A stretch of 64,000 nt of DNA from an uncultured Bacilli bacterium (GTDB lineage Bacteria > Bacillota_I > Bacilli_A > RF39 > UBA660), in assembly GCA_958413985.1 (NCBI GenBank), contig CATYVZ010000008.1, positions 5,842 through 69,841 on the forward strand. Direction: 5' to 3'. Of the stretch, positions 59,453-64,000 are shown in pieces. Position 1 is the stretch's first letter. Every line of letters begins with the position of its first letter. Below the pieces are notes generated by a model that did no database searches, had not been told where the DNA came from, and saw only the letters and a program-made list of their open reading frames with translations. Made by a program: the position numbers and the translations under genes.

Positions 59453-61957
59453 ATGCAAGATGTTTTAAAAAAAATATATGATTATTCATTAGAAGATATC
59501 ATGGGTGAAAGATTTGGTAGATATTCTAAAACAATTATTCAAGATCGCGCTTTACCTGATGTAAGAGATGGCTTAAAACCGGTCCAAAGAAGAATTCTAT
59601 ATACGATGTATCAAGAAAAAAATACCTATGATAAACCATATCGTAAATCAGCTAAAACTGTCGGTGATGTCATGGGACACTATCACCCACATGGCGATTC
59701 ATCAATTTATGAAGCGATGGTTAGAATGAGTCAATGGTGGAAGCAAAACACACCATATATAGACATGCATGGAAATAATGGTTCTATGGATGGAGATAGT
59801 CCAGCAGCTTATCGTTATACTGAAGCAAGACTATCAAAGATAAGTAATGAGTTATTGAAAGATATTAATAAAGATACAGTCATCATGACATATAATTATG
59901 ATGACACTTTATTCGAACCAACGGTTTTACCTGCTAAGTTCCCTAATCTTTTAGTTAATGGATCTAATGGAATAAGTGCGGGATATGCCACTAATATACC
60001 TCCTCATAATTTGGGTGAAATAATCGATGCTACAATCAAAAGAATCGATAGTCCCAACTGTCATTTAGATACGATTTTAGATATTGTCAAAGGTCCTGAT
60101 TTTTCTACTGGCGGTATTGCTTGTGGTAAACAAGGAATAATCGATGCCTTTACAACTGGGCGTGGTAAAGTTATTGTTAAGTCAAAGTACGAAGTTGTCA
60201 ATAACAAGGGTAAAACTCAAATAATTATCAACGAGATTCCTTTTGATGTAAATAAAGCTAATTTAGTAAGAAAAATAGATGAAATAAGAATCGATAAAAA
60301 AGTTGATGGTATAGTTGAAGTTAGAGATGAATCAGATTTAGAAAATCCAGCTACTATCGTTATCGACTTAAAAAAAGATGCTAATAGTGAATTGATTGTC
60401 AATTATTTGCTTAAAAATACTGATATGCAAATAGCGTATAATTACAACATGGTTGCAATAGTTAATAATCGACCAATGACTTTAGGAATTATGCCGATTT
60501 TAGATGCTTATATCGCTCATCAAAAAGAAGTTATTCTAAAAAGAACTAACTTTGATTTAGAACATGCTAAAGCAGAAATGCATATTGTCGAAGGTTTGAT
60601 CAAGGCTTTATCAATTTTAGATGCCGTCATTAAAACTATCAGATCTTCCAAAAATAAAATGGATGCTAAAGAGAATTTAGTTAAAGAATTCCAATTTACC
60701 GAAAAACAAGCAGAAGCGATTGTCATGTTACAACTATACAAATTGACTAATACAGATGTTACTGAATTATTAGAAAGAAAAGACAATTTAAAACTAATGA
60801 TCGAGTTTTTAGAAGGTATTTTAAACGATGAAAATAAATTGAAAAATGTAATGAAAGATGAACTTCGAAACATAAAAAAAGAGTATGCAGTGCCTAGAAA
60901 AACTGCGATTGAAGCTGAAGTAAATGAAATAAAAATCGATACCACTTCGATGATTGCTAAAGAAGATTGTGTTGTCGTTGTCACAAAACAAGGGTATGTT
61001 AAAAGAGTATCTTTAAGAAGTTTTAAAGCTAACGACGAAGAAACATTGGTTAAAGAAAAGGATTATTTAATCGGTTTATATCAGATGAATACTTTAGATA
61101 CATTATTATTATTTACTGATTTAGGTAATTATTTATATGTTCCGGTCTATGAGATTCCTGATTTAAAATGGAAAGAATTAGGTAAACATATCAGCAACAT
61201 TATTAAGATCAGTAGTGAAGAAAATATTATTAAAGCTATTCCTGTCGATGATTTTAGTAAGCCACTATATATTACTTTATTTAGTAAAGATGGCCTTGTG
61301 AAAAGAACTAAATTAGATGAGTTTAAGGTTACACGCTATTCAAAGCCGATGACCTGTATGAAATTAAAACAAAACGATAAAATTATCGATGTGACAGATA
61401 ATCAAGGTCAAGAAGTATTTATTACTACTAAAAATGGTTATGGATTACGTTATAAGACTGAAGAAATATCTATCGTTGGTATTAAAGCTAGTGGTGTAAA
61501 AGCGATAAATTTGAAAGATGACGAAGTTGTTAGTGCGTTGTTGTTTGACGAAGGTGATTATATTACTATTATAACTGCTAATGGCACAGGAAAAAGAGTA
61601 AAATTAAAAGAATTTGAACTTTTAACTAGAGCTAGAAAAGGAGTTTTATTAGTAAGAGATGTTAAAACAAATCCTTATCGAATTTTAAAGACATTTATCA
61701 ATGTTAAGAAAATTGGTGTTTTAACATCAGATATATCATATTTAAAAGTAACGGAATTACCGATCGTTGATCGCTATTCAACTGGTACAGTTATCGCAAA
61801 AACCGGTATTCAAGATTGCTTTGAAGAAATAGAATTAGTTAAACAAAGCAAAGAAAAAAAGGAAGAATTTGAGGAAGAAATTATCGATATTTCCTTAGAT
61901 GAAATCGATTCAAAAATGTTGACGATCGATGATTTCTTGGATGATTTAGAAATATAA
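59453..61957 (+). CDS. parC: type IIA topoisomerase subunit A, most likely topoisomerase IV subunit A (ParC)
   Basis: N-terminus GERFGRYSKTIIQDRALPDVRDGLKPVQRRILYTM matches the ParC pattern (FGRYSKYIIQDRALPD). Catalytic Tyr region AAYRYTEARL. No QRRGGKG GyrA-box seen in the C-terminal domain. Confidence 0.7.
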   Translation: MQDVLKKIYDYSLEDIMGERFGRYSKTIIQDRALPDVRDGLKPVQRRILYTMYQEKNTYDKPYRKSAKTVGDVMGHYHPHGDSSIYEAMVRMSQWWKQNTPYIDMHGNNGSMDGDSPAAYRYTEARLSKISNELLKDINKDTVIMTYNYDDTLFEPTVLPAKFPNLLVNGSNGISAGYATNIPPHNLGEIIDATIKRIDSPNCHLDTILDIVKGPDFSTGGIACGKQGIIDAFTTGRGKVIVKSKYEVVNNKGKTQIIINEIPFDVNKANLVRKIDEIRIDKKVDGIVEVRDESDLENPATIVIDLKKDANSELIVNYLLKNTDMQIAYNYNMVAIVNNRPMTLGIMPILDAYIAHQKEVILKRTNFDLEHAKAEMHIVEGLIKALSILDAVIKTIRSSKNKMDAKENLVKEFQFTEKQAEAIVMLQLYKLTNTDVTELLERKDNLKLMIEFLEGILNDENKLKNVMKDELRNIKKEYAVPRKTAIEAEVNEIKIDTTSMIAKEDCVVVVTKQGYVKRVSLRSFKANDEETLVKEKDYLIGLYQMNTLDTLLLFTDLGNYLYVPVYEIPDLKWKELGKHISNIIKISSEENIIKAIPVDDFSKPLYITLFSKDGLVKRTKLDEFKVTRYSKPMTCMKLKQNDKIIDVTDNQGQEVFITTKNGYGLRYKTEEISIVGIKASGVKAINLKDDEVVSALLFDEGDYITIITANGTGKRVKLKEFELLTRARKGVLLVRDVKTNPYRILKTFINVKKIGVLTSDISYLKVTELPIVDRYSTGTVIAKTGIQDCFEEIELVKQSKEKKEEFEEEIIDISLDEIDSKMLTIDDFLDDLEI

Positions 61958-61974
61958 TTTTCAAGGAGTATTGA

Positions 61975-62457
61975 ATGAATAAAGAAACGGTAATTGAAAT
62001 TAGTTTTGATGAAAAGGATGACTATATTAATCAGTTTAATGAAAATAAATTATCAAATAATTTAAGCAATTATATTTTAGATGAGTGTCGAGGTAAATCG
62101 TTGGCTAATCGAATTACTTTGAATGTTAAAGTTAATTTTAAAATTTCTTCTAAAGAAAAAGAAGAGTTTGTAAAAATGGTTCACGAAAATTATAAAAGTG
62201 ATTTGGAAGAATATATGTTAATTTTAAGACATTCTAATTTAAAAAAGGTAATTATTTTCTTTGTTGGTGTAATCTTAATTTATTTATCTTATTTTAAAGA
62301 TATCGGTAATACAAAAGTTATTTCAGAAGTTATACTGGTAATTGGTTGGGTAGCTATTTGGGAGGCAGCATACACTTGGCTTTTCGAAAATAGTCAAAAT
62401 CGGGTTACGATCAAACGATTAAAACAATTAGCTAAATGTAAAATTAATTTTATATAA
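61975..62457 (+). CDS. small membrane protein (160 aa)
   Basis: Two TM helices in the C-terminal half. RBS AAGGAG. Confidence 0.4.
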   Translation: MNKETVIEISFDEKDDYINQFNENKLSNNLSNYILDECRGKSLANRITLNVKVNFKISSKEKEEFVKMVHENYKSDLEEYMLILRHSNLKKVIIFFVGVILIYLSYFKDIGNTKVISEVILVIGWVAIWEAAYTWLFENSQNRVTIKRLKQLAKCKINFI

Positions 62458-62463
62458 AAAAGT

Positions 62464-62498
62464 ACTTGTCAAATTAATGATAATGTTGTATAATTATT
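62464..62498 (+). promoter_or_regulatory. sigma-A type promoter for tRNA-Leu(UAA)
   Basis: TTGTCA - 17 nt - TATAAT. Confidence 0.55.
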
Positions 62499-62521
62499 CT
62501 TGTCATTGTTTGATGGGTCAT

Positions 62522-62610
62522 GCCTGAGTGGCGAAATTGGTAGACGCACAGGACTTAAAATCCTGCGGAAGTCAAATTCCGTGCCGGTTCAAGTCCGGCC
62601 TTAGGCACCA
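62522..62610 (+). tRNA. tRNA-Leu (anticodon TAA), type II, encoded CCA
   Basis: Acceptor GCCTGAG/CTTAGGC (one G-U pair). D-arm GCGAAATTGGTAGACGC. Anticodon loop CTTAAAA. Long variable arm. T-arm GGTTCAAGTCC. Confidence 0.85.
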
Positions 62611-62623
62611 CTTTGATAGAAAG

Positions 62624-62668
62624 CTCAAACTTTTGAAATTAATTCAATGGTTTGAGTTTTATTATGCA
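62624..62668 (+). terminator. rho-independent terminator after tRNA-Leu(UAA)
   Basis: CTCAAAC..GTTTGAG stem with T-run. Confidence 0.5.
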
Positions 62669-62742
62669 CTTGATTTAATTTGACAAATGATAATTATTGT
62701 GTTAGAATATGGGCTGTCAATTTGAAATAAGGAGATAAATAA

Positions 62743-63408
62743 GTGAATAATGGAAGTAAATATGATATATTAGAAAGAAAATATAAAACCAATTCGATTC
62801 TTGCTCTTAATTTAGTTTTAAAACTTTTTAATATAAAAGAAAAAATGAAAACCAAAAATTTAAATCGTTCAAATGATAAGATTGTGAACCTTTTAAACGA
62901 AGTGTTGCCAGTAGTAATAACATTTGCTAATATTGGATATGAGAATGTAAAAGATTTAGGAAGTATCGTCAGTAAAGAGGAACTAACAACATATTTAAAA
63001 AAAGAAAATATTGATCCGGTTGAATTTAGTTCCAACTATTTAAAAAATATTAATAAATATACAAAACTATTGTTGATATTTGCTATTATTGCTAAAGATA
63101 AATCAGCACTACCTAATCTAAGAAATCCACAAACTGCTTTGAATTTACTAGGTGGAGACGAGATAAATGATAGTATATTTGATGATTTGTTTGCTAATTT
63201 AAGTATAGAAAGTATAAATCTTATCAAGGAAGTTTTAACTGAAGAATTTAGTATTGATCAAATGACAAATTATCAAAGAGAATTACTTGAGGAATACCAC
63301 TATAAATACATGAGTCAAAACATTTATAATCAGATTACAAGTGAACAAGAAAAGCCACAGATAGTTATGAAATTAGCTAATTCTTATGCTAAGAAAACTA
63401 AATTTTAA
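62743..63408 (+). CDS. hypothetical protein (221 aa)
   Basis: Intact ORF with RBS AAGGAGA. No motif recognised. Confidence 0.35.
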   Translation: MNNGSKYDILERKYKTNSILALNLVLKLFNIKEKMKTKNLNRSNDKIVNLLNEVLPVVITFANIGYENVKDLGSIVSKEELTTYLKKENIDPVEFSSNYLKNINKYTKLLLIFAIIAKDKSALPNLRNPQTALNLLGGDEINDSIFDDLFANLSIESINLIKEVLTEEFSIDQMTNYQRELLEEYHYKYMSQNIYNQITSEQEKPQIVMKLANSYAKKTKF

Positions 63409-63800
63409 AAGTCATTATTGACTTTTTTTGTTGTGAAATTAAATAACGTATTTTATTTAAAGTATGATTAAGAATTTGATGATAAATTAGTTAATAATAT
63501 TTTTTATATATGAAGTTCGATAAAAAAACTATTTACAAACAAATATTTGTGTGATATAATAAATATTTAAGATGATGGTTATTTATAAATTTTTAGTAAA
63601 CAACAAGAGATTTTAATTTATCTGATAATAGATATATAAGATTTGCCTATAATTATGACCTAACTAAAAAATAGAGTAGCGCCTATTAGGATTTGGTCTT
63701 TAAAGAAAAAACTTTAGGAAATAAACCTTTATAGAATGTCAAAAATTATTTTGACTTTTGTTCTAAAATAGATTTAAAATTAATATCAAGGAGGAATATT

Positions 63801-64000
63801 ATGGCGAAAAAAAGGAATAAGGGGTTTTGGGTAGGGATAATAATTGCAATTTTGGTTATTTTAAGTTGCGTTATTTTATCTTTATATGGAAGAAATCAAA
63901 CAACTCAAGAAATTATATCAATCGATAGTTTGATAACTAGTCAAAGTAAAAAAGAAAAAGATTTTAAAGCGACTGGATATACACTTGAGCATCCCCATGT
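63801..64000 (+). CDS. membrane-anchored protein, 5' partial (runs off window)
   Basis: RBS AAGGAGG. MAKKRNKGFWVGIIIAILVILSCVILSLY N-terminal TM. Confidence 0.3.
   Translation, partial: MAKKRNKGFWVGIIIAILVILSCVILSLYGRNQTTQEIISIDSLITSQSKKEKDFKATGYTLEHPH

Noticed and set aside
60520-60984. 154-aa minus-strand ORF
   Set aside because: Entirely inside parC on the opposite strand. Shadow ORF. The same applies to other short antisense or internal ORFs in the track (16232, 16571, 18283, 20427, 20835, 22006, 25322, 33531, 45708, 45969 and others).
57005-61957. Calling the topoisomerase pair gyrB/gyrA
   Set aside because: The A subunit N-terminus matches the ParC pattern (FGRYSKxIIQDRALPD), I could not find a GyrA-box (QRRGGKG), and the locus is not next to dnaA/dnaN/recF. 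It was therefore called parE/parC with moderate confidence.
1-64000. Alternative genetic code (TGA=Trp, Mollicutes) and CRISPR arrays
   Set aside because: Long conserved genes (pflB, rnr, parC, der) are intact under the standard code with TGA used as a stop (for example scpA), and murC implies a cell wall. No regularly spaced direct-repeat array consistent with CRISPR was seen on either strand.

Overview
This window reads as an AT-rich (~28% GC) Firmicutes-type chromosome using the standard genetic code, since the long housekeeping ORFs are intact with TGA as a stop. The core backbone runs scpA-scpB, tRNA-Leu, pflB-pflA, tRNA-Gln and tRNA-Val, then (after the 13.1-36.2 kb pilus/T4SS cluster described below) a rhodanese, rmuC, rnr-smpB-ssrA (tmRNA) and cspA. 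It continues with engB, der, rnfC and an rnfD/G fusion. Next comes a Bacillus-like block of SpoIVFA-like, SpoIVFB-like (M50), rplU-prp-rpmA, a single-domain receiver and obg, followed by murC, rnhC (minus strand) and parE-parC split by a small sugar-transferase gene, ending at tRNA-Leu(UAA). Two accessory regions stand out. The first (2074-~9600) is a decayed, tandemly filled tRNA-Leu(CAA) integration hotspot. It carries at least three direct copies of the tRNA 3' end plus terminator, and no integrase. Its cargo is a translationally coupled small multi-TM protein plus TIR-like (DUF1863-type) protein pair, a lipoprotein, a DUF3800-like protein and a frameshifted Bro-N/DinD-like pseudogene. An IS1182-like transposase stub, an XRE regulator and membrane proteins lie between the last att copy and pflB. 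The second (13118-36183) is a 23-kb composite envelope machine with two modules. The Tad-like pilus module holds a prepilin-signal pilin-like protein, CpaB-like, CpaF/TadA-like ATPase, TadB/TadC-like proteins and a small Flp-like pilin. It is separated from the second module only by a housekeeping ackA plus one ORF, bracketed by a repeated terminator/promoter cassette. The type-IV-secretion-like module holds a TadZ-like protein, two VirB2-like paralogs, VirB6-like and VirB3-like proteins, a split VirB4, a SpoIID+CHAP wall hydrolase, a lipoprotein and a VirD4 coupling protein. No relaxase, integrase or att repeat is visible in the window. A G9 tract sits just upstream of the first promoter of this cluster and a T10 tract sits in a promoter spacer inside it. 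All calls are made by eye from motifs and architecture; no searches were run.
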